A stretch of DNA of 37,447 bases from Verrucomicrobiota bacterium. Its GTDB lineage: Bacteria > Verrucomicrobiota > Verrucomicrobiia > Limisphaerales > UBA9464. Of the stretch, positions 27,867 through 35,724 are shown in pieces. The DNA lies in assembly GCA_039800465.1 (NCBI GenBank), contig JBDLQQ010000386.1, forward strand, positions 1-37,447. Direction: 5' to 3'. The number at the start of each line of letters is the position of its first letter. Within the stretch, counting starts at the first letter, position 1. The position numbers were made by a program, and so were the translations under genes. The notes beneath the pieces were generated by a model. The model saw only the letters and a program-made list of their open reading frames with translations. It had not been told where the DNA came from and made no database searches.

Positions 27867-27929
27867 CCTCGCAGCTCACTGCCACAGGCCAATTCCCTGG
27901 GCAGCAACCTGATCCCGGCTCCCGACGGT

Positions 27930-29252
27930 CTACTCCGCCACCACCCGATAGAAGGCCTGGGAGGGCGGCACCGGCGGATCCGTCAGGCGCTGCTCCACGA
28001 ACAGCGCACGACCCGGAGTCGGGTACGTCAGGCTGCCCTGTGCCGGCCACCACGACTGGTGATCGTGACTCGTCTCCACCTGGTAGCTGCGGCTCGGGGC
28101 GGTCGGGAACCCGAGGGTCGCATTGCGGTCCCCGTCCAGCTTCAGCGTGTCGATGCGGAGATAGCTGCCCGACGACGTCGGATCGGTCCCGGTCTGGTAT
28201 TCGGTCAGCTCCGTCGACTGGTCCTGGTCGGTGTCGTCCGTGGCCCCCTTGGCGAGGGATCTGAAATAGAAGCGTTCCCAGTCGTCTGGAAGCCCATCCT
28301 GATCCGTGTCGTCCGCGCCGACCACGACGCCTTCCAGAAGGAGCCTGGGCGGATCAAACAGAAGGTTCTCGCGGGTCGCCCATTGCGGATAGGCGCCCGC
28401 TCCACCCCCTCCGGTGCCGCCCGGGGTGACCTGGTTCGCGGGTGACAGCGAGGCGAGGATCAGACGGAGCCGACCCTCGTGGAGGGCGGATTGGAGGTAT
28501 CCGACGATCTGGGGATCCTTCAGATCGAGATCGAAGGTGAACACGGCATCCTCGGGAACCAGCTCCCCCGGCGGCACGTTGGTGGTGGTGCCAACGGCCC
28601 AGGGGCGGACCTCGAAGGGCGGCTGGGTCCACTCGGGATTCGCCTGGCCGACATTGTTGGAGACGTCGACCAATTGTCCCTGATCCCCGAACATCGCCGC
28701 GAAGGCGTTGCGGGTGCCGATGGAGATGTTGGCCGAGTTGATCGGGTTGATCCGGCCGTAGGGGGAGTTCTCCAGGAAGGTGGCCGACGTGAACCCATTC
28801 CGGAAGCCGGCGCCATAGAGCTCCACGGGACGTCCGGGATCCGCATCCGGGACGTATCCCGGCTGGTTGGTCGCGTAGGTCAGGTAGGGATCGAAGGTCG
28901 CGTCATAGATGAACGCGTTGTTGACCGAGTTCCGGAGCTCGACCCGGGCGCGCCGCAGGAGGTAGCGGGTCGGACCGGCGTTGGTCGACACCTGGGTGTC
29001 GGTGTTCCATCCCATCAGATACTGGGCGTCCCGGGTGTCGAACCGGGGGTCGAACGAGGCGAAGGACGGAGCGACCGAGCGGTCCCCCAGGAAATCGCCG
29101 AAGGGGTACACCCACCGGTCCATCGACGGTGCCGGCGGCGTGATGGAGAACTCTCCCCCCAACGCCTGGGCCAGGATTCCCAGCCCGATGCAAAGCCCCC
29201 AGACCCGGTTCCGGGTATAGCTCAGGACCCAATCCCATCCCGATTGTTTCAT
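27930..29252 (-). CDS. Secreted hypothetical protein with Asp-rich thrombospondin-type-3-like calcium-binding motifs
   Basis: 440 aa with a signal/anchor segment (VWGLCIGLGILAQALGG). It carries DDTDQDGLPDDWERFYF and DDTDQDQSTELTEYQTGTDP motifs. The C-terminal beta domain ends in FYRVVAE. Confidence 0.6.
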   Translation of the reverse strand: MKQSGWDWVLSYTRNRVWGLCIGLGILAQALGGEFSITPPAPSMDRWVYPFGDFLGDRSVAPSFASFDPRFDTRDAQYLMGWNTDTQVSTNAGPTRYLLRRARVELRNSVNNAFIYDATFDPYLTYATNQPGYVPDADPGRPVELYGAGFRNGFTSATFLENSPYGRINPINSANISIGTRNAFAAMFGDQGQLVDVSNNVGQANPEWTQPPFEVRPWAVGTTTNVPPGELVPEDAVFTFDLDLKDPQIVGYLQSALHEGRLRLILASLSPANQVTPGGTGGGGAGAYPQWATRENLLFDPPRLLLEGVVVGADDTDQDGLPDDWERFYFRSLAKGATDDTDQDQSTELTEYQTGTDPTSSGSYLRIDTLKLDGDRNATLGFPTAPSRSYQVETSHDHQSWWPAQGSLTYPTPGRALFVEQRLTDPPVPPSQAFYRVVAE

Positions 29253-29323
29253 GATCCAAAGCTAGCTGTCGGATCCCGGAAAGCACCCCCGGGATTCCGG
29301 GAATTTATTCAGCGAAACCCCGA

Positions 29324-29989
29324 TCAGCGGCGACGGCGCAGGCCGGTGACCACGAATCCGGCACCAATCGCGAGGAGGGCCAGGGTCCCGGGCTCCGGAA
29401 CCACCTGCACATCCACCATGGCGGAGTCGAAGCTCAGGCTGTGCTCCACCGCATTGAAGGAGATGGAGTACTGGCTGACGTTCCGACCCGAGAGATCCCA
29501 CTGCCAGGCCGAGGACACATAGACGCCGCTGCCCGGGGTGCCGGGTTGGCCGACCTGGACGCGGTCGGTCTCCGTCCGGGTGGCGGTCAGGAAGCCTCCG
29601 TCGTAGTTGAGGCGGACGCTGTTGTAGTCCAACTCGGTGCCGAACGTCCGGGTCTGGAGCACCACCAGTCCGAGGGGATTGGAGCCCGACGCGTAGCTGA
29701 TCGTGAACGCGCTCGTCTCGGCCATGTTGTAGATGTTGCCCGTGCCCGTGATCAGGGCCCCGGGGGTCAGCTGGGTCAGGACCGGAGAGAGATCGTTGCC
29801 AAAGTTCGGCCGATTGCCCGGGGCGCCCACCGGAACCGTGAAGCTCTCCCAGAGCGACGAGGTCGATCCAGGCTGGGCCCGGAAGGTCGGGACATAGAAG
29901 CCATTGGTACCCGCCGTTGCGGTCGCCCACATCGAGGCCACTACCACACCGACCACGCTGATCTGCTTCAGGATGTTCATAGGATTCAA
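29324..29989 (-). CDS. PEP-CTERM sorting-domain protein
   Basis: 221 aa with a signal peptide (ISVVGVVVASMWATATA). The C-terminus VPEPGTLALLAIGAGFVVTGLRRRR is a textbook PEP-CTERM motif: PEP, a TM helix, then an Arg cluster. Confidence 0.8.
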   Translation of the reverse strand: MNPMNILKQISVVGVVVASMWATATAGTNGFYVPTFRAQPGSTSSLWESFTVPVGAPGNRPNFGNDLSPVLTQLTPGALITGTGNIYNMAETSAFTISYASGSNPLGLVVLQTRTFGTELDYNSVRLNYDGGFLTATRTETDRVQVGQPGTPGSGVYVSSAWQWDLSGRNVSQYSISFNAVEHSLSFDSAMVDVQVVPEPGTLALLAIGAGFVVTGLRRRR

Positions 29990-30369
29990 ACATTAGACGG
30001 GTTTCTCAAAACCGCCAACGTGAGATCAGCGCAGGTTGACATCGGGGATCCTCTACGACGGATTCCCTGCGCCCTGAGGGCGGTCTCCACGTCAACCGGA
30101 TAGGCACTCCGGCTCCAGGACCCACACTTCGCTGGATGCCGGATTCAAGGGCGGCATCCGCAGTGAGGAGTGGTGGGAGTCCCGTCCCTGACCCGAGTTC
30201 ATTCGGCACATCAAGAGAGACAGGATCAGGGACAACCTGGGACGGGCGTGTCGAAAAACCTCTCAAAAGTACCAAACCCGTCGCCGGCATTGGTTCTGCT
30301 GCACCCTCAATTGTCCAAGGGGAGAGGATTTCACGCCTCCACCAGCCAAGCCTCTGCCCCGGACGCGCC

Positions 30370-31152
30370 ATGACCCGAAGACCCCAACACAATCCAGTCC
30401 CCATCCATGGGCAGCATGCGCTGGTTGCCGGGGTCCTCGCGCTAGGTCTCCTCGCTCCATCGGCAGCCATGTCGATGGACCTGTATGTCCTGGATCCCAC
30501 CTATTCCACATTCCTGTTGGATGTTGAGCCTTCGGACACAATCGAGAATGTGATGGCGAAGATCCAAGATTCCCAAGGGATCCCACCCGACCGTCAGTAT
30601 CTCTATTTTGGGAGCCGGTTCCTCGAGTCGGGCCGGACCGTGTCCGACTACAACATCCTGAGGAACTCCACCCTCAACTTGGTCGGCATTACCGCCTACG
30701 CCGGAACCCCCCTGCCCCATACGACCTGGAATTTCGGGGTTGCCGACATGACCGCTGGACCAGGCAACGGATGGACCCTGTGGCAGCACACGGGGACGCT
30801 GGACCTGTCCACCTACACACCCGGAGCGATATCCCTCGTCATCCACGGCTACAACGGGACGGCGGAGGGCACGCCCACCGGATACGATCCAACGGTGTCC
30901 TATTCCCTGACGCTCCTCACAGCATCTGGAGGGATCACCGGGTTTTCATCGGGTCAGTTCCATCTCTCGGGAACCTTCTCCGGGACAGCGTCCCTCTCGC
31001 AGGTTGGCAATACTCTGGTGCTCTTGGTTCCGGCTTCGGCAACACCCGTTCCCGAACCCTCGCCTGGGGTTCCTACGTTGGGCATGACCCTGCTCCTGGG
31101 GGCCCACGAGCTGCGCCGCAGGAAAGCTGCAGGGACCCTGAGAGCCCCTTGA
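30370..31152 (+). CDS. Secreted ubiquitin-domain protein with PEP-CTERM anchor
   Basis: 260 aa from ATG 30370. It starts with a signal peptide ([18 protein letters not shown]). Residues 36-105 are a ubiquitin-like domain. A ~120-aa Thr/Gly-rich domain follows. The tail is [26 protein letters not shown] (PEP-CTERM-like, from nt 31048). Confidence 0.85.
   Translation: MTRRPQHNPVPIHGQHALVAGVLALGLLAPSAAMSMDLYVLDPTYSTFLLDVEPSDTIENVMAKIQDSQGIPPDRQYLYFGSRFLESGRTVSDYNILRNSTLNLVGITAYAGTPLPHTTWNFGVADMTAGPGNGWTLWQHTGTLDLSTYTPGAISLVIHGYNGTAEGTPTGYDPTVSYSLTLLTASGGITGFSSGQFHLSGTFSGTASLSQVGNTLVLLVPASATPVPEPSPGVPTLGMTLLLGAHELRRRKAAGTLRAP
30475..30684 (+). other. Eukaryote-type ubiquitin fold domain (PF00240-like) within the 30370-31152 CDS
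   Basis: The domain reads [70 protein letters not shown]. It aligns without gaps to ubiquitin residues 1-70, with about 43/70 identical by my hand count. Identical blocks include [25 protein letters not shown] and STL. Confidence 0.85.
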
Positions 31153-31233
31153 GCGGCCTGTAGAAACGGGAGTCTTCCCAACCGCACAGGGCCCGACGCT
31201 TTCCCTTCCAGGAACCCGCGGTACCCTGAACCC

Positions 31234-32757
31234 ATGGCGTTCGAATCCTTCCGTGACTGGGTCCAGCATCTCGACGAGGCCGGCGAGTTGCGGCGGATTT
31301 CCGAACCCGTCGCCACCGAGCTTGAGATCACCGCGATCGCCGATCTGGAGATGAAGAAGCCCGGGGGCGGCAAGGCGCTCCTGTTCGAGAAACCCACCAT
31401 CCAGGGCCGCATCTCCCCATTCCCCGTCGCCGTCAACACGCTCGGTTCCTGGAGGCGGATGGCCCTGAGCATGGGACGCGACTCGGTCGACCAGGCCGCC
31501 CAGGAGCTCGGATTCCTCATGAAGGCCAAGCCCCCGGCGACGATCCGGCAGGCCATGAAGCTGCTCGGGACCGCCCTCGAGCTGCGGCATGCGCGTCCTC
31601 GGACGGTCAACTCCGGGCCCTGCAAGGACGTCGTCCATCGGTACGACGCCCCCGCGAGCCGCAAGGAATCATGGCCCGAGGCGCCGGATTGGCAGCAGGG
31701 CACGGATCCGTTTCCTCCCACACTCCAGGACATCCCCATCCTCAAGTGCTGGCCGCTCGATGGGGGACGGTTTGTCACGCTGCCATGTGTCGTGACCCAG
31801 GATCCCGACACCGGGGACCGCAACGTCGGCATGTACCGGATCCAGGTCTACGACGACCGCTCCACCGGTCTCCACTGGCAGCTGCAGAAGGTGGCGGCCC
31901 GACACGGTCGCCGCTACTACGAGACCGGCCAGCGGATGCCGGTCGCCATCTTCCTCGGCGGCGATCCGATGTTCCCCTTCGCCGCCACGGCTCCGCTCCC
32001 GGATGGACTCGATGAGTTCCTGCTCGCCGGGTACCTCCGGAAGAAGTCGATCGACCTCGTGAAGTGCGAGACCAACGACCTGCTGGTCCCGGCCAATGCC
32101 GACTTCGTCATCGAGGGATATGTCGATCCCACCGAGCCGCTGCGGATGGAAGGCCCGTTCGGGGACCACACCGGATACTACACCCTTCCGGAGCCCTACC
32201 CGGTGTTCCATGTGACCGCCGTGACCCATCGTCGGGATGCGGTCTACCCGGCCACCATCGTGGGCATCCCCCCGATGGAGGATTTCTACATCGGTGCGGC
32301 CTCGGTGAAGCTGTTCCTCCCGATCTTCCAGATGAACTTCCCGGAGATCGTGGACATGGCCCTCCCGGCGGAAGGCACCTTCCACAACCTGGTGGTGGTC
32401 AGCATCCGGAAGACCTACCCGATGCAGGCCTACAAGATCATGCACGGCCTCTGGGGCATGGGGCAGATGATGTTCACCAAGTACATCATCGTGGTGGATG
32501 CCGACGTCGACGTGCACAACCTGAGCGAGGTGCTGTTCCATCTCTTCGCCGACACGGACCCCCAGCGCGACAGCCTCATCACCCGGGGACCCGCGGACGT
32601 GCTGGACCACGCGACCAGCGAGATCGCCATCGGCGGGAAGATGGGTTTCGACGCCACCCGGAAGATCCCCGGTGAAGGGTTCCGTCGCCCCTGGCCTCCC
32701 CTCATCCGGATGGACGAGGAGGTCCGGAAGCGCATGGCCGAACGGTTCGGGAAGTGA
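31234..32757 (+). CDS. UbiD-family (prenylated-FMN dependent) decarboxylase, probably menaquinone/ubiquinone biosynthesis type
   Basis: 507 aa. The N-terminus FRDWVQHLDEAGELRRISEPVATELEITAIAD is UbiD-like. Other family-like blocks are NVGMYRIQV, GGDPMFPFAATAPLPDGLDEFLLAGYLR and GPFGDHTGYY. Confidence 0.9.
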   Translation: MAFESFRDWVQHLDEAGELRRISEPVATELEITAIADLEMKKPGGGKALLFEKPTIQGRISPFPVAVNTLGSWRRMALSMGRDSVDQAAQELGFLMKAKPPATIRQAMKLLGTALELRHARPRTVNSGPCKDVVHRYDAPASRKESWPEAPDWQQGTDPFPPTLQDIPILKCWPLDGGRFVTLPCVVTQDPDTGDRNVGMYRIQVYDDRSTGLHWQLQKVAARHGRRYYETGQRMPVAIFLGGDPMFPFAATAPLPDGLDEFLLAGYLRKKSIDLVKCETNDLLVPANADFVIEGYVDPTEPLRMEGPFGDHTGYYTLPEPYPVFHVTAVTHRRDAVYPATIVGIPPMEDFYIGAASVKLFLPIFQMNFPEIVDMALPAEGTFHNLVVVSIRKTYPMQAYKIMHGLWGMGQMMFTKYIIVVDADVDVHNLSEVLFHLFADTDPQRDSLITRGPADVLDHATSEIAIGGKMGFDATRKIPGEGFRRPWPPLIRMDEEVRKRMAERFGK

Positions 32758-32861
32758 GGATGAACTCCTCCCACGGTTCCCTCACAGCCACCTGGAACCG
32801 TCGCGGTGGTGGCACAAAAAAGTCGATCCGAGCCGCTGGGCGCGGCTAGTTTCCCGGGGCC

Positions 32862-35189
32862 ATGGACCCTTCCCGCCCCAACCCGGACGCGCCCGAGATG
32901 GCGTCGGAGATCGTGGGGAAGATGGGTTTTGAACTCGCGTTCGTGGAGGAGGGTCGGGACAGCGGGTTGCTGCCGCTGAACAGTCTCCTGATGGATCTCG
33001 AGGAATTCACCGTCCCGGTGGCTCCTCCGGAACTCGTCCAAGCCATCGGAACCGCCCGCGGCTGGCTGGAGCGGATCCTCGATGGCACGGGGATATTCGG
33101 GGTCGAGGACATCCGGAACCTGAATGCCTGGCACGCCTGGATGACGGAGGCCCTCGGCGCCTGGACGAAGGGCACTGCACTGCCGGCCTGCCCCCCCGAG
33201 TGGGTCCCCAGCAACGCCCCTGCCGCTGCCATACCCCCAGCACCCAAACCAGCGGCGCCCACGCCACCGGTGACCTCCGCCCCGTCGGCGCCCACAGCTC
33301 CGACTGCCCCGCCGTCCGCCCCGAGTCCCAAGGTGGCACCCGCCGCCGCCGTCCCATCCGGGGACGAGCCCGCCATCCGACTCAACCTGAAGGATGACGC
33401 CGATCTCCTGCGGGAATTCCACGGGGAATCCCAGGAGCTCCTCCAGAACATCGAACAGGGTGTCCTCGTACTGGAGGAGCGTCCGACCGACACCAACACC
33501 ATCAATTCCATCTTCCGCGCCTTCCACACCTTCAAGGGCGGGGCCGGATTCCTCCACCTCGATGCCCTGCGGGATCTCGCCCACAACCTCGAGTCGCTCC
33601 TCGACGCCGTCCGGCGCTCCGAGCTGAAGATCGACAAGGGCATCATCGACCTGATCCTGGCCGGCGCCGACACGCTCAAGCAGTACACGGCCGAGATCGG
33701 ACTCCAGATCCAGGGCACCAACGCGGGGGCGCCGATCGTGGTGCCCACCCGACAGCTCACCCTACGTCTCAAGGCGGCGCTCCGTGGAGAGGCCATGCCG
33801 TCCCCGGCCGCCGTGGCGACCCCTACGCCCGCCGCGCCGGCCACCGCTCCCGCTACAGCGGCCCCCACCCCCATTCCGACACCTGTGGCCCCGGCCACAC
33901 CCGCAACGACCGCAGCGCCGGCCGCAGCCCCCAGGCCGACCGAGGGAACCACTCCCACAGTCCGGAAGGAGACCGCAGCGGCGGCGGCCGCCGAGGGCGC
34001 CTCCGGGTTCGTGAAGCTCGACACCCGGAAACTGGATGCCCTCGTCGATCTGGTAGGGGAACTCGTGATCGCCCAGTCGATGGTCGTCCAGCACCCGGAG
34101 ATCCAGAAGCTTTCGGACAGTGGCCTGTCCCGCAGCCTCCGGACCCTCGGGCGCATCACCTCCGAACTGCAGCGGAACGCCATGTCGCTCCGGATGGTGC
34201 CGATCCGCGGCACCTTCCAGAAGATGACCCGGCTGGTCCGCGATCTCGCCACCCAGCAGCAGAAACAGCTCCATCTGGTGCTCGATGGCGAGGAGACCGA
34301 ACTGGATCGGAACCTGGTCGAGGAGCTGGCGGATCCACTGATCCACATGATCCGGAACTCCGCCGATCATGGCATCGAGATGCCTGAGGAACGCGAGGCC
34401 GCCGGGAAGCCACGGCTCGGGACCATCCGCCTCTCGGCCGCGCACCAGCGGGGGGGCATCGTGATCCGGATCGAGGACGACGGACGGGGACTGAACCGCG
34501 AACGGATCCTCGCCAAGGCCCGGGAGCGGGGACTGATCGCCCCGGATGCCGTCCTCGAGGACCCCGAGATCTTCGCCCTGATCTTCGCACCCGGCTTCTC
34601 GACGGCGGAGAAGGTCACCGACCTGTCCGGTCGCGGCGTCGGCATGGACGTGGTCCAACGCAACATCGACAAGCTCCACGGCAAGATCGAGATCCAGTCC
34701 ACCCAGGGGAAGGGCACCTCGTTCGCCATCCTCCTCCCGCTCACCCTCGCCATCATCGACAGCCTCATCGTGGGGGTGGGTGACGAGCGCTTCATCATCC
34801 CGTCCCTCGCCGTCCGCGAATCCATCCGACCCGAACCCGGCACCGTGAAGACGATCCACGAGAAGGGCGAGGTGGTCACCGTGCGCGGACGCCTCACCCC
34901 GATCCTGCGCCTCGGACGCCACCTCGGCATCCCGACGCGCTCGAACGATCCGTCGGAGGGGATCGTCGTGGTGGTGGAGTCCGGCGACGACGCCCGGGGC
35001 CTGCTGGTGGACGAGCTGATCGGCAAGCAGGAGGTGGTGATCAAGAATCTCGGTCAGACCTTCCGGAACCAGAACCTCCTCGCCGGCGCCGCCATCCTCG
35101 GTGATGGCCGGGTGGGCCTGATCCTCGATGTCGACACGCTGGTGAAATGTCGTCCCCAGGGCGCCACCTCCCGCGCCCAGAACCCCTGA
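32862..35189 (+). CDS. cheA: Chemotaxis histidine kinase CheA
   Basis: The Hpt domain carries the phospho-His context SIFRAFHTFKGGAGF. The dimerisation segment is KLDALVDLVGELVIAQS. The kinase has an N-box (IRNSADHGIE), G1 (DDGRGL) and G2 (GRGVGMDVV). The C-terminus is CheW-like (ERFIIPSLAVRE...GRVGLILDVD). Confidence 0.95.
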   Translation: MDPSRPNPDAPEMASEIVGKMGFELAFVEEGRDSGLLPLNSLLMDLEEFTVPVAPPELVQAIGTARGWLERILDGTGIFGVEDIRNLNAWHAWMTEALGAWTKGTALPACPPEWVPSNAPAAAIPPAPKPAAPTPPVTSAPSAPTAPTAPPSAPSPKVAPAAAVPSGDEPAIRLNLKDDADLLREFHGESQELLQNIEQGVLVLEERPTDTNTINSIFRAFHTFKGGAGFLHLDALRDLAHNLESLLDAVRRSELKIDKGIIDLILAGADTLKQYTAEIGLQIQGTNAGAPIVVPTRQLTLRLKAALRGEAMPSPAAVATPTPAAPATAPATAAPTPIPTPVAPATPATTAAPAAAPRPTEGTTPTVRKETAAAAAAEGASGFVKLDTRKLDALVDLVGELVIAQSMVVQHPEIQKLSDSGLSRSLRTLGRITSELQRNAMSLRMVPIRGTFQKMTRLVRDLATQQQKQLHLVLDGEETELDRNLVEELADPLIHMIRNSADHGIEMPEEREAAGKPRLGTIRLSAAHQRGGIVIRIEDDGRGLNRERILAKARERGLIAPDAVLEDPEIFALIFAPGFSTAEKVTDLSGRGVGMDVVQRNIDKLHGKIEIQSTQGKGTSFAILLPLTLAIIDSLIVGVGDERFIIPSLAVRESIRPEPGTVKTIHEKGEVVTVRGRLTPILRLGRHLGIPTRSNDPSEGIVVVVESGDDARGLLVDELIGKQEVVIKNLGQTFRNQNLLAGAAILGDGRVGLILDVDTLVKCRPQGATSRAQNP

Positions 35190-35193
35190 CCCC

Positions 35194-35715
35194 ATGGCCA
35201 CGACCCCGGATCCCACAGCCCCAGCCGCCTCGGCCGCCAAGCCCGGCCGCTACCTCACCTTCACCCTGGGCGCCGAGTCCTACGGATTCCCGGTGCTCAG
35301 CGTCCGCGAGATCATCCGGCTCTGCCCCATCACCCCGGTGCCCCGCATGCCCGCCTACATCCGGGGCGTCATCAACCTGCGTGGGAAGGTCATCCCCATC
35401 CTCGACTTCCGGGCCAAGTTCCAGATCACCGCCGGCGACTACGGCGACCGGGCCTGCATCATCGTCGTCCAGGTCGGCGACACCCCCACGACCCAGACCC
35501 TCATGGGCGCGATCGTCGACGCGGTCGAGGAGGTCGTGAACCTGAACGCCGCCGACCTCGAGGCCGCCCCGGATTTCGGGGGGGCACCCGACACCCGCTA
35601 CATCCTGGGCATGGCCACGATCAAGGGTGGGGTGAAGACCCTGCTGGATCCCCAGAAGATCTTCCTGGAGGAGGGCACGCTCGCCCTGCCGCCCGCCGTC
35701 GAACCCCAGTCCTGA
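35194..35715 (+). CDS. cheW: Chemotaxis coupling protein CheW
   Basis: 173 aa. YLTFTLGAESYGFPVLSVREIIRL...IRGVINLRGKVIPILDFRAKF is the CheW signature region. The gene starts 4 nt after the cheA stop. Confidence 0.95.
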   Translation: MATTPDPTAPAASAAKPGRYLTFTLGAESYGFPVLSVREIIRLCPITPVPRMPAYIRGVINLRGKVIPILDFRAKFQITAGDYGDRACIIVVQVGDTPTTQTLMGAIVDAVEEVVNLNAADLEAAPDFGGAPDTRYILGMATIKGGVKTLLDPQKIFLEEGTLALPPAVEPQS

Positions 35716-35724
35716 CCGCCCGCC

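Noticed and set aside
33190-33960. Repetitive GC-rich DNA (gcc/ccg/acc runs), considered as possible tandem repeats or a CRISPR-like array.
   Set aside because: The repeats are irregular and lie in frame within cheA, where they encode Pro/Ala/Thr linkers. There is no repeat-spacer periodicity.
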